Shown here: positions 38,497-47,898 of the stretch, one piece after another
How the letters are laid out: every line of letters begins with the position of its first letter
Numbering within the stretch: the first letter of the stretch is position 1
Virus record (IMG/VR): IMGVR_UViG_2940244548_000002
Location: 50,946-114,945 of that record
DNA length: 64,000 nucleotides
Source of the DNA: a virus
Taxonomy: Duplodnaviria > Caudoviricetes
Direction: 5' to 3' (one strand)
Program-made: the position numbers and the translations under genes
Notes under the pieces: model-generated
The model's database searches: none
What the model was told of the DNA's origin: nothing
What the model saw: the letters and a program-made list of their open reading frames with translations, nothing else

Positions 38497-39480
38497 TTAA
38501 GCAGCTCCACAATTTTCACCATACGCTCCAGCTGGCAATAGCCATACATCATCATCGGGTATAATTATTGGCACATCGTATATGCTTTGGGTTGCCAAAG
38601 TAGCCATAAAACCATTTATTGCCTCGTATGCAGTACCAGAATCTATTAAGGTTTGCAAATCCATATTGCGCTTAATAGTACACTTAAACAACTTTTCTAG
38701 CTCAATGATATACTGTATTTGTTCTGGGCTTATTTTAGCAGCACTGGCAAACTGGTTTTTATTACCGAAAATACAGAACTTGCATGAGCATCGCCCCCAA
38801 CCCATGTAATAACAAGGATGTACACGCACACGATACTTTTCTATTATTTCCCATACTTGCTGCTCTTTCCAGTCTCGTATTGGGCGAAACCTATCTACAT
38901 GCCTTGTAAATGCCTTACCGTTTCGTAAGTCTGCACGATCTGGTTCAAGTATTTTGTATTTGGCTCTTTGCGGGCTCTCTTCGCCTCTTTCTCCAGAGAG
39001 TATTAGGGTTCTCTTATTTCTAAAACGCTCCTGATTTATTAAAGAGGTTGAGCACACATCAATTTTCAAATAAGCACTGCACCAACGTACTTTAAGGTCT
39101 GCGGATGCTTGTGGAAATCTCAACCTAGTAGATAGTTTACCTTTTTCTCCTCCAGCTTTGTTTATACAACCATTAGGGAGCTCGAAATATATTGGTGCAG
39201 TTAAACTGTTTTCTCTGAACATTTCCCGCTTAAAACCGCCCTCTTTCCATTGGAAATAGATTGGCACACCAAAAGCTACTGCAAACTTTCTACAATAGTC
39301 TGGGGTAATCTCCCAGTCAAAGAAAGTTTGTTCCCTGCCATCTATTTCTTGATGCCAGAGCTCAATCTTTTCTTTTGGTACTCCTTGCTCCAGCAGGTAA
39401 AGAAAGCACGCTGTGCTATCCTTACCTCCAGAGAAAGAAACTATATAATGGTCGTAACTATGTAAATCAAAAGCATCCAT
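38497..39480 (-). CDS. PAPS reductase-family (PP-loop) protein
   Basis: VSFSGGKDS, RWCS..LK, GERGEESPQR, HPCY..GWGRCSCKFC. Confidence 0.85.
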   Translation of the reverse strand: MDAFDLHSYDHYIVSFSGGKDSTACFLYLLEQGVPKEKIELWHQEIDGREQTFFDWEITPDYCRKFAVAFGVPIYFQWKEGGFKREMFRENSLTAPIYFELPNGCINKAGGEKGKLSTRLRFPQASADLKVRWCSAYLKIDVCSTSLINQERFRNKRTLILSGERGEESPQRAKYKILEPDRADLRNGKAFTRHVDRFRPIRDWKEQQVWEIIEKYRVRVHPCYYMGWGRCSCKFCIFGNKNQFASAAKISPEQIQYIIELEKLFKCTIKRNMDLQTLIDSGTAYEAINGFMATLATQSIYDVPIIIPDDDVWLLPAGAYGENCGAA

Positions 39481-39488
39481 ATAAAAGT

Positions 39489-40604
39489 TTATTTTGCCTG
39501 CGTTAATTGTTCGTATGTAACTGGTATTACTTTGGCAGCAGCAAAATAGGCATTAGTAGTTAATTGCCTTTGCCATGCCATAAAGCGTGGAGACCAACGG
39601 AAGCCATAGCTTTTAAGGTTAGATATAACATCTGGAGCTGGCTTACTGTCGAAAAGAATTTGTAACCTATCCTCACTGTAATTCTTAACTACAGTACCAC
39701 CCTCAAAAGCTATTTCTGTATTTTCCCTATTTGCTTTATCAATCTGTTTTTCTTTAGCTGTTTCGGCAACATCTAACAGCTTAAAAAATTTATGTCGCTC
39801 TGTGATAACGATGCTCATTGTTTCGTTAAATTGCCGTATGCAATCAATAGCCTTTTGCACCATTTTTGTGTCACCTCTTTTGGCGTATGTTTCTACTTTC
39901 CCATAAATAGAGGATACAAATAGGGCTTTATGGTAGCCTCTTTCTACTCCAGTATTAATCCCATGTATAATAGCTGCGGAATGTAAAATATCTTTTTCAA
40001 GTCGTGCCCACTCTTCATTTTGCTTTTGCTCTTCTGGTTTGTTGTTTTCTATACATTTTGCAATGGCTTTTAGGGCTTTCTCTCTCCACTGTATAAACTC
40101 TCCCATTCTAGCATGTTCCCTATTGTTTGCTTTTTCAGCTTTTCTAACATTGAACCCAGAGCCACCAGTAATGGCAGAGCTGGCACAATTAGAGTGTGCA
40201 GAGAGCCATGCAGAAAAGTATTTTTTGTAGTTGGAAATGTAACGCTCTTGCTCTTCCAGAGGTATGTTTTTCAAATCATCATTAAGCTCCTTTTCATAGC
40301 TTATTATTGTGCGCTCTCCTGCTCGGTCGGGGTTAAATGAAGTCCAGTAAAATGCCCTATACGCCAAATCCCAATACTCATCCAGTGTTACATCATATTT
40401 CCATGAAACTACTTCCCAATCGCTCATATTCTCCGTGTGCAAAACTTTACTATTAGCACCCATGCCCACCACATGAGCATACCGCCCCTGCATTAATTCT
40501 TGTGCCTTATAGTGGAATGCCCATGTACCCCACTCTGGATTTTTAATATTCTGTACGACACTAGCTCTATGGCAATTTCTCTTTGATAAAATAACTTTTT
40601 CCAT
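39489..40604 (-). CDS. Conserved phage/MGE protein of unknown function
   Basis: S..ITGGSGF and C-terminal RLQILFD.KP...LKSYGFRWSP...WQRQLT motifs seen in mobile-element proteins. Confidence 0.6.
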   Translation of the reverse strand: MEKVILSKRNCHRASVVQNIKNPEWGTWAFHYKAQELMQGRYAHVVGMGANSKVLHTENMSDWEVVSWKYDVTLDEYWDLAYRAFYWTSFNPDRAGERTIISYEKELNDDLKNIPLEEQERYISNYKKYFSAWLSAHSNCASSAITGGSGFNVRKAEKANNREHARMGEFIQWREKALKAIAKCIENNKPEEQKQNEEWARLEKDILHSAAIIHGINTGVERGYHKALFVSSIYGKVETYAKRGDTKMVQKAIDCIRQFNETMSIVITERHKFFKLLDVAETAKEKQIDKANRENTEIAFEGGTVVKNYSEDRLQILFDSKPAPDVISNLKSYGFRWSPRFMAWQRQLTTNAYFAAAKVIPVTYEQLTQAK

Positions 40605-40659
40605 TGTTTTTCTTTTATATTGTGTGATGTATATACACGCTTTATGTTCAAAAAAATAA

Positions 40660-42280
40660 TTAATAATCTCCTCTGGTTAAATACTCCAGAGCTTCTGTGT
40701 GCAGCTCCTCTAGGTTTAAGCCCTCCCTGCTGGGCTCAAATCCAGCTTGATAAGCACCCTCTATAGTTGCATTTATTTTGTTTACCTCTGTATTGGCACT
40801 GTGTACCCCACGTGTGTAATTGCGCTCTACTTTGCGGGTATCATTATACTTTGCCTGTGCTGTGCTCTCCAGTACTCGTTTGCTTGTACCTAGTAGCTTT
40901 GCTCCGTTTCCTTGCTCATCAAGGGTTTGCTGTATTACTGCTAAAATTCCCATTGTTTCAAAATTTATAGTTATTAATCAATTACATTAGCTATTTGATA
41001 GCAATAGCCATCTTCTTTATTTATTTCTGTGTTAATTATTTGCAAATTGTATTCAATCGCTTTGCACTTTACACGCTTAGCCTTACCAGCCATAACAGGT
41101 AATTCATAAGGAAATCCATTGTAGAAATATTCCTTTGTTTGCCTAAATCGGAGCTCAATATTATGCCCATCAGTAATATTAACAAAGGCTTTACCCTCAC
41201 ATGGGTTACTTAAAATAGTCAATATGTGCTTCCCACTTTTTAGAGGAGATATGCGAGCCAATTTGTTATTTATTTCCATTTGTATTTGAGCTTGATATTC
41301 TTTGTATTCTTTTGTAGAACATATTGCCTCTTTTTGAGCTGGTTCTATATACATATTATCCAAAGCCCATATTAAATACTGCAAATCAACAGAAGCAATA
41401 TCTTCTACTGTCCTACCTGTATATTTACCAAATGTTAGATAATTGGGTGGCATATTTATCTTTACCGTCTTACCCCATTCTCTTGTAGTTATTCCCCTTA
41501 GCCCATCATCGATAGTTACACTGGGATAAAGCTCTTTAACTTTAACAATATCGGAGCTAATGTTTTTCATATAGCTATATTGATAGTGATTGCCTGTATG
41601 CCAATGTTCCCCATAAGCATCAGTTGTATATTGGGGTGTAATTACAACATTCCATAAAGTATAATACTTGCTTGCAAATCCTATAACCAAAGCCATTATA
41701 TACCTCCTTTTATTTACTAATTTCCAATGTATCCCAGTAGTCTCTTAAATCAGAAAACATTTCTTTAATATCCTCCATGTTGCTCTCAATAGCAACAATG
41801 GGAGTTAGTTTCCTTTCTGCACTCTGGAGTTGAGCGAAATTATCTCCAGTTGGTTGCTCCATGTGTTTTTTGAGGCAAACCAAATAACTCTCTACTGCAT
41901 CTAATAAATTCCTGTTTCTCATTGCTCTTTCATTTTAATTATTAGCATTCTTCTTCGTAAGGTTCTAAACCTTTATCGTAATCCATACTATACTCTACAT
42001 CTGTCATATCTATTTCATGTAGGTATCTACCTGTAACATCAATATACATACAATACTCATCTACTTCTACCACATAATAGCCATCGTTATAATCAACATA
42101 TCCATCTTCGTATATGGTTTGTATAAGCGTTCTGCCATCTTTCAAAACAGAACTTGCTAATTCATGAGGGTTGCGTATTGTTCCATTGTCATATTCTTGA
42201 ATATTTGACATTGCTTTCAAAGCCATGTTGGCAATTTGGCGATTCGTTTTACCTCCTGTATACTTATGTGTTGCTCTCAT
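40660..42280 (-). other. Four hypothetical ORFs (40660-40953, 40974-41696, 41710-41922, 41942-42280)
   Basis: Co-oriented ORFs; 40974..41696 has FGKY.G.....IA..D..YL.W (ExoX C-terminal-like motif). Confidence 0.6.
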
Positions 42281-42513
42281 TGGATTTATTTTTTTGTTCG
42301 TTATACGTGTCTATTTATCACGCTTATTGTATTGCGAAAGTAGTATGATTTATTCAATAAACAATACTTTTGGCGGAAAAATATTGACTTTTAACAAAGA
42401 TTAATAAGATTCATTGGAAACTTAAAATGAATTACTTACAAAAGTTATCCGTGATATATATACACGCTTTAGTGTGGTTAGACTATTTTTGGCACAAATA
42501 ACATTAAAGTCTT

Positions 42514-43125
42514 ATGGTTAAACAGAAATTATTACAAGTATTGGTAGGCAAATGCAAAGACATGGGCTTATCGGAAAAATCTATTGAAGAAATTGCTGGC
42601 ATTGCAAGCAATGGCTTGAAAGATGGTTCAACAGATGAGGAGATTGAAGCACAGGCAAACCTTTTTATGCCTGCATTAAAAACAATGCAAGGCGAAGCTA
42701 CAAGGTGGGCACAACAAGCAAAAGGTACTCCTCCAACCCCTCCAAATCCTCCAGCACCTCCAGCTCCGAAACCGAATGAGGACGGAGATTGGAAACAAGC
42801 TATTGCTGATTTGGAAACAAAGTACGGTGCTATCATCAAAACACAGGGAGAAACCATTACTGGTTTACAATCTAAACTTGATGGTGCAGAGCGTGCAAAC
42901 ACAATTTCTGCCGAGATGAAAAAACTAGGTTTAACTGATGCCGACATGGAATTTATCTCTGTGCCCTCGGATGCTAATATTCCAGAGTTTTTGGGAAAGG
43001 TTAAGCAGAGTTTTATTAATCGTGGGCTTAAACCAGCAGACACTAGTGTTACTGCGGAAGCAAAGGAAAAAGCTAATGATGAGTTAGCTAAAACTATGCT
43101 TGCCGAGTTTGAAGTTAAACAATAA
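42514..43125 (+). CDS. Capsid scaffolding protein
   Basis: Pro-rich linker and coiled coil, two genes upstream of the capsid gene. Confidence 0.6.
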   Translation: MVKQKLLQVLVGKCKDMGLSEKSIEEIAGIASNGLKDGSTDEEIEAQANLFMPALKTMQGEATRWAQQAKGTPPTPPNPPAPPAPKPNEDGDWKQAIADLETKYGAIIKTQGETITGLQSKLDGAERANTISAEMKKLGLTDADMEFISVPSDANIPEFLGKVKQSFINRGLKPADTSVTAEAKEKANDELAKTMLAEFEVKQ

Positions 43126-43133
43126 TTATCAAA

Positions 43134-43763
43134 GTGATGAAACGACAATTTAGAGAATTTGGGGGCGACCGCCCTCTGTTTACACTAACCCCAGTACAGG
43201 TGGTTGGTGGTTTCACGCTTGACCCTGCACAAACCAACCTTACCAAAGGTGCAGTTATCCCAGCTGGTACTTTATCCCATGTGGATGAAAATACAAGGCT
43301 GGCACAGCTGATTAAGAGTGCAAGGGTTGTAGCGATTGCTGCTGGTGATGCAAAGGTTGTTACTTTGGAGTCGGACGAATTTAGCAAGCCAATATTTACA
43401 ATAAACGATTTAATCGGTAAAGACTTGACAGCTACTTTGGCTAACACTCCCAAAATAACTGCCATTGCAGAAACCGCTGATGGCATGCAAATCACCCTAA
43501 GTAAAGCAATAACTGGCTTAGCCGTTGGAGATGCTTTGTTTGAGGTGGTTGCAGATGGTACTAACGTGAAGCTTTTGGCTGAACCAAACTCTATTACCAT
43601 AACAGACATTGAGGTAAAAGAGGCTGGAGATACAGGTATTGATGTAACACGCAATACAGGTAACGGAGAGGCTTATGCAAGGAGATTACCACCTGTGCCT
43701 GCATCATTGCTGGAGGGCAATGTGCTGAAAGGTACAAAGGTGGCTTATACGTATTCACTCTAA
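43134..43763 (+). CDS. Head decoration protein
   Basis: VIPAGT motif; directly before major capsid gene. Confidence 0.6.
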   Translation: MMKRQFREFGGDRPLFTLTPVQVVGGFTLDPAQTNLTKGAVIPAGTLSHVDENTRLAQLIKSARVVAIAAGDAKVVTLESDEFSKPIFTINDLIGKDLTATLANTPKITAIAETADGMQITLSKAITGLAVGDALFEVVADGTNVKLLAEPNSITITDIEVKEAGDTGIDVTRNTGNGEAYARRLPPVPASLLEGNVLKGTKVAYTYSL

Positions 43764-43780
43764 AATAAGGAGGTAATAAC

Positions 43781-44923
43781 ATGGATTCTATTTTTAGTAA
43801 AATTAATTTTCCGACTATCCCAGTGGATTTGCTGGCTACGTTACGCATCTTTTTTGAGATGGGCACAAGAGAAAACAAAGTTCTCTTTGAGCAAACGTAC
43901 ATTGACCGCTGGTTTACATACAATTTGCCACAAATGGATTTGACCTGTGAGGCAATTATGGCAAGCTATAAGGTGCGCTTTATGGCTAGCGTGATTGGCA
44001 ATGAGGCTGCAACCCCATTGCGCCCCTCTGATGGCTTCAAAACATTTACGGAAGAGATACCACGTATGGGGCACAAGTTCCCTATGTCGGCAAAGAAACT
44101 CCGTAAAATGCTAACCATTTTGGAGGCAAGTTCAAAACGGTACACAGACCAGCAAAAGTTTAATGAGGTTTATAAAATGCTCATGGGTGATACAAAAGAG
44201 GCTTATCTAGGTTGCAAGGATACAGCCGACCATATTGTATTACAAGCTCTCTCAAACGGTGGTGTAGCTCAATTTACGCCTACTCTTAATAACCCAGACG
44301 GTAAAATATTCAAAGTAGATTACCTGATGCCCGAACAAAACAAGAAAAAAGCACCTAAAAACTGGATTGATGATAACAAAAACAACATCAACCCATTTGA
44401 GGAGCTGCAAGCTATTAAGCTGGAGTTTGAGCAAGCGGGTATTACGTTTGGTGAGATGTGTGTTAGCCCTGCTCTATATGCGTGGATTATCAGTGCTCCA
44501 GCCGTTAAAAAGGCTATTCTGGGTACAGATAAGAGTGGTGGTGTGGTAACGGATGCCCAGTTAAGGGAAACCCTTTCTCAATATGATTTACCAGCATTTA
44601 CCAAGATTGTAAAACGTAATGCTATCCAAAAAGATGGTAAGCGTGTAGCAAACTTGATTAATCCGTGGAATGATAACAACATTGTTTTCAAGCCAGCTGG
44701 TACTATCGGTGAAGTACAACCTGCTTTTGAGGATAACGAAATTATCCCAGAGCCAAATGTGGAGTACATAGATGCTGGCAATGGTATGCGTGTAGCCAAA
44801 TGGCAGGTTGGAGAAAGCACAGGACAGCAAGCAGGCGAATACACACAAGCATCTTGGCGTGCATTGCCTATCATCACAGATATTGCTGGAGTGGTAAACT
44901 ATCAGGTACGTGGTATTCAGTAA
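43781..44923 (+). CDS. Major capsid protein
   Basis: 380 aa, lambda-E-like layout (MASVI....TPLR, LQALSNG, VDY..P). Confidence 0.8.
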   Translation: MDSIFSKINFPTIPVDLLATLRIFFEMGTRENKVLFEQTYIDRWFTYNLPQMDLTCEAIMASYKVRFMASVIGNEAATPLRPSDGFKTFTEEIPRMGHKFPMSAKKLRKMLTILEASSKRYTDQQKFNEVYKMLMGDTKEAYLGCKDTADHIVLQALSNGGVAQFTPTLNNPDGKIFKVDYLMPEQNKKKAPKNWIDDNKNNINPFEELQAIKLEFEQAGITFGEMCVSPALYAWIISAPAVKKAILGTDKSGGVVTDAQLRETLSQYDLPAFTKIVKRNAIQKDGKRVANLINPWNDNNIVFKPAGTIGEVQPAFEDNEIIPEPNVEYIDAGNGMRVAKWQVGESTGQQAGEYTQASWRALPIITDIAGVVNYQVRGIQ

Positions 44924-44935
44924 TAAGGTTGGAGT

Positions 44936-45280
44936 ATGACAAATTTGGAGGCAATACGAGTAGAAGTTAAGCCTTATGAGGCTGATGCTTTGGATTGTGA
45001 AAAAGCTCTTAGTGGAGCGTGCAAACGTACTGGTGTAAAAATCGGTATTGCAGATGAATTTGATGCTGATGATAACGAAAAGACTATTGCCCTTGCAGCT
45101 GTGTTGGTATTGTATAAATACCTAACACTAAGTAGCGAAAAAGAGGGTGAGTGGGCACAAGGCTATCATAATAATCTGAAAGAACGCATAAAGGCTCTAT
45201 GTAGCATTAATGACTTGGATGTCTCCGAGTTTGTTAGCTCTGACATTATAACCATCTCCGATGGCTCTAACAGGTTTTAA
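44936..45280 (+). CDS. Head-tail adaptor
   Basis: Size, position and S.KEG motif. Confidence 0.55.
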   Translation: MTNLEAIRVEVKPYEADALDCEKALSGACKRTGVKIGIADEFDADDNEKTIALAAVLVLYKYLTLSSEKEGEWAQGYHNNLKERIKALCSINDLDVSEFVSSDIITISDGSNRF

Positions 45281-45282
45281 CA

Positions 45283-45603
45283 ATGGGTAAATACTACGAC
45301 ACATTAAAAGTACACCAAAAGTCTAAATCACCACGTAACGAGGTTGGAGACCTTATACCAGAAAAATTAGACTGGGATAAGGTAAGCCCTTGCAGGGATG
45401 AACCAGCTGGAGCGGGTGCTACAGTTAATGTGGAGGGTGGTAAAACAATTACCTATAGCTCAAACATATTTTGCCCAGTAACATGCCCAGATATTGCGGA
45501 AAACTCAACTGTACAGGTTGAGAACTCCAGCGGACAGGTGCAAGTTACAGGTACGGTATTAAGATTCAAACGCTATAAGCATTATGTCAAAATATGGATT
45601 TAG
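45283..45603 (+). CDS. Head-closure protein
   Basis: Position; beta-rich 106 aa. Confidence 0.5.
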   Translation: MGKYYDTLKVHQKSKSPRNEVGDLIPEKLDWDKVSPCRDEPAGAGATVNVEGGKTITYSSNIFCPVTCPDIAENSTVQVENSSGQVQVTGTVLRFKRYKHYVKIWI

Positions 45604-46069
45604 AGCGATTTACAGCAGGGGTGATGTACACAAACGGTTTGCTGAATTTGCCCAGCGAATACACAAAGCCATTGTTTCTGTATTACAGTACATTGGCGAG
45701 GCGTGTGTAGCACAGGCAAGAGAGAACGGCAACTATACAGACCACACGGGTAATCTCCGTAACTCTATCGGATACGTTTTGGTACACGATGGCACTATTA
45801 TAAGCCACAATTTCGAGAAACGCATACAAAGCAAAATCGAAAACAAAGCTAATGGTGTTGGAGTATTGGAGGGGAAGAAGCTGGCAGAAGAGCTGGCTAA
45901 ACGATTTACCAAAGGCTATGCACTTATTGTGGTTGCGGGTATGAATTACGCCTACTATGTGGAAACTCTAAATAAAGATGTATTGGATAGTGCAGAACGT
46001 TATGCGCAGAGAGTTAAGCCCAAAATGATGAAGATGCTTAAAGAACAGGTTTATAGGGTTGTAGCATGA
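45584..46069 (+). CDS. HK97 gp10-like neck protein
   Basis: D.TGNLRNSI and GMNYA.YVE motifs. Confidence 0.7.
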   Translation: MSKYGFRAIYSRGDVHKRFAEFAQRIHKAIVSVLQYIGEACVAQARENGNYTDHTGNLRNSIGYVLVHDGTIISHNFEKRIQSKIENKANGVGVLEGKKLAEELAKRFTKGYALIVVAGMNYAYYVETLNKDVLDSAERYAQRVKPKMMKMLKEQVYRVVA

Positions 46070-46521
46070 AAACAGAGGATATAGAATTACAGGAAAATAT
46101 GCAGTTCAATACTATACAGGATGATATTCTGTACTTGGTATTGAGCAACTCCGATTTAGCAAAGGAGCTTACTGGCATTGTAAAAAAGGGTAAACGCCCT
46201 AGCCGTAAAGATTTTGCAAAGGAGGAGGATTGTACTATTCAAAGTTTGCCCATCCCTAGTGGTAGTGTGCAAATTGGCACTAGCAATGTAAACATCTATG
46301 TTCCCGATTTACCAGATAGCACTACTGCACCAGATGCAACCAACTACGATGCTAATACTGGGAGGATTAAGCAACTTGCAGGGCTTGCCTACAAGGTATT
46401 GGAGAAACATTACTGCGACAATGGTTGGGTGTTCGAATGCGTAATGCAAGATGTTATTGCTGAACCCGATATAAAGTGCCAGAGGATTTGGTTTAAGATT
46501 AGATTTATTTTTCACAATTAA
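46066..46521 (+). CDS. Tail terminator protein
   Basis: Position; VNIYVPD motif. Confidence 0.55.
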   Translation: MKTEDIELQENMQFNTIQDDILYLVLSNSDLAKELTGIVKKGKRPSRKDFAKEEDCTIQSLPIPSGSVQIGTSNVNIYVPDLPDSTTAPDATNYDANTGRIKQLAGLAYKVLEKHYCDNGWVFECVMQDVIAEPDIKCQRIWFKIRFIFHN

Positions 46522-46533
46522 AAAATTACAGAC

Positions 46534-47052
46534 ATGGGAGTAATTTCTTTAGGATTATCCGAGATACAGGTAGGAGCTATCGCAGCAGATGGAGGCGAAG
46601 CAACCACTTATTCCAAGATTGGTAAAACCTACGAAAAGACTTGCAAATTAGTGCAAGAAAAAGGTGATGTTACCGAACATTACGAGGAGGGGCAAAGTGC
46701 TCCAGAGGTGCGCAAAAAGAAAAAGAAAGTGCCTATTCTCACTTTCTCCATAATGGACCCTGACCCAACGTTTTTGAAAGCCTATTTAGGTGGTACAACT
46801 AGTGGTACTGGGGATGATATGGAATGGAGCTGGGCAGATACGGATGAGGATATTGAGGCATCAATAAGAGCCGTACCAGAGATGGGGCTTGTTTATACCA
46901 TACCACGTGCAGATATTGAGGCTGTTATTAACGCTGAAATGTCCTCACAAGGTATTAACCTTGTAGACTTTACCGTAACACCATTAAAGCCTAAAAAGGC
47001 TGGTGTAGCTACAATGAGAGCACGTAAAAAAACAGCGACTTTCCCTAAATAA
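46534..47052 (+). CDS. Major tail tube protein
   Basis: 172 aa between terminator and chaperone; followed by a terminator hairpin. Confidence 0.7.
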   Translation: MGVISLGLSEIQVGAIAADGGEATTYSKIGKTYEKTCKLVQEKGDVTEHYEEGQSAPEVRKKKKKVPILTFSIMDPDPTFLKAYLGGTTSGTGDDMEWSWADTDEDIEASIRAVPEMGLVYTIPRADIEAVINAEMSSQGINLVDFTVTPLKPKKAGVATMRARKKTATFPK

Positions 47053-47076
47053 TAATTGTTTTTCAATTTCTCCATG

Positions 47077-47108
47077 AAAGCCCATTACACTAACGTGGTG
47101 GGCTTTTC
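47077..47108 (+). terminator. Intrinsic terminator after tail tube gene
   Basis: AAAGCCCATTAC-ACTAAC-GTGGTGGGCTTT then T. Confidence 0.7.
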
Positions 47109-47129
47109 TGGAATAATAGCACCTTTTAT

Positions 47130-47675
47130 ATGGAAAATGTAGATTTTAACGCCATAGAGGCTGAAAAAAAGGAAATACGGTTGCTTATCTCCAATGGCAT
47201 CAGTTTCGTTGTGAACTATATGGAGAAAAGAGAGGTGAAAATACCACGCTGGAGCTGGTGTAAATGGCTAAAAAAGACAGTAATCACCAAAGAGCCGAAA
47301 CAAAAAGAGTTTATTGTAAAAGAACCTACTGCATTTACTCTGGATAGATTGACGGCTGAATACATTGAGCTTGCAATAGATGAAGAGAAAATAAGAGAAG
47401 CACCCAGACAACAGGCACGGCTATATTTCCAAGAGCATGACAAACGCATGGCTCTAATTATTGCAATTGCTATACTTGGTAACGATTGGGAGGATACAGA
47501 ACAACTAACCGAGCTAGCCAATTTTATTTTCAAATGGACTACAAACAGCCAGCAGCATGAGCTTGTGCAGGCAATTGACTTAACTAATAATCTAGCGGAT
47601 TTTATCAACTCTATTCGATTGTTATCAAGCGCAAGAACAACAATACCGAATCGGATAGAGAACCCAGAGGATTAA
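47130..47675 (+). CDS. Tail assembly chaperone (G)
   Basis: Between tail tube and tape measure; GGATTTT slippery site at 47597. Confidence 0.75.
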   Translation: MENVDFNAIEAEKKEIRLLISNGISFVVNYMEKREVKIPRWSWCKWLKKTVITKEPKQKEFIVKEPTAFTLDRLTAEYIELAIDEEKIREAPRQQARLYFQEHDKRMALIIAIAILGNDWEDTEQLTELANFIFKWTTNSQQHELVQAIDLTNNLADFINSIRLLSSARTTIPNRIENPED

Positions 47676-47896
47676 ACAGCCTCTATGGGCAACGTGGGGC
47701 TATTTGCGCATATTTCCATTGGACTTGGGAATATCTCACAAAAGGTATTGCATGGGCGGTTGTACAGCGGATGTTAGCAGACCAAGCACGCTACGATGAT
47801 GAAGAGGGCACGAACGGAGTAGCGAGCATTGACGGAGAGGTAGAACTAACCGAAGAAAATGCAGATGATATTATTAATCTCATTAACAGTTTATAA
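47597..47896 (+). CDS. -1 frameshift extension of the tail chaperone (GT)
   Basis: -1 frame open from the G GAT TTT heptamer to TAA 47894-47896; encodes ...GLNSLYGQRGAICAYFHWTWEYL... Confidence 0.7.
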   Translation, partial: GFYQLYSIVIKRKNNNTESDREPRGLNSLYGQRGAICAYFHWTWEYLTKGIAWAVVQRMLADQARYDDEEGTNGVASIDGEVELTEENADDIINLINSL

Positions 47897-47898
47897 TT

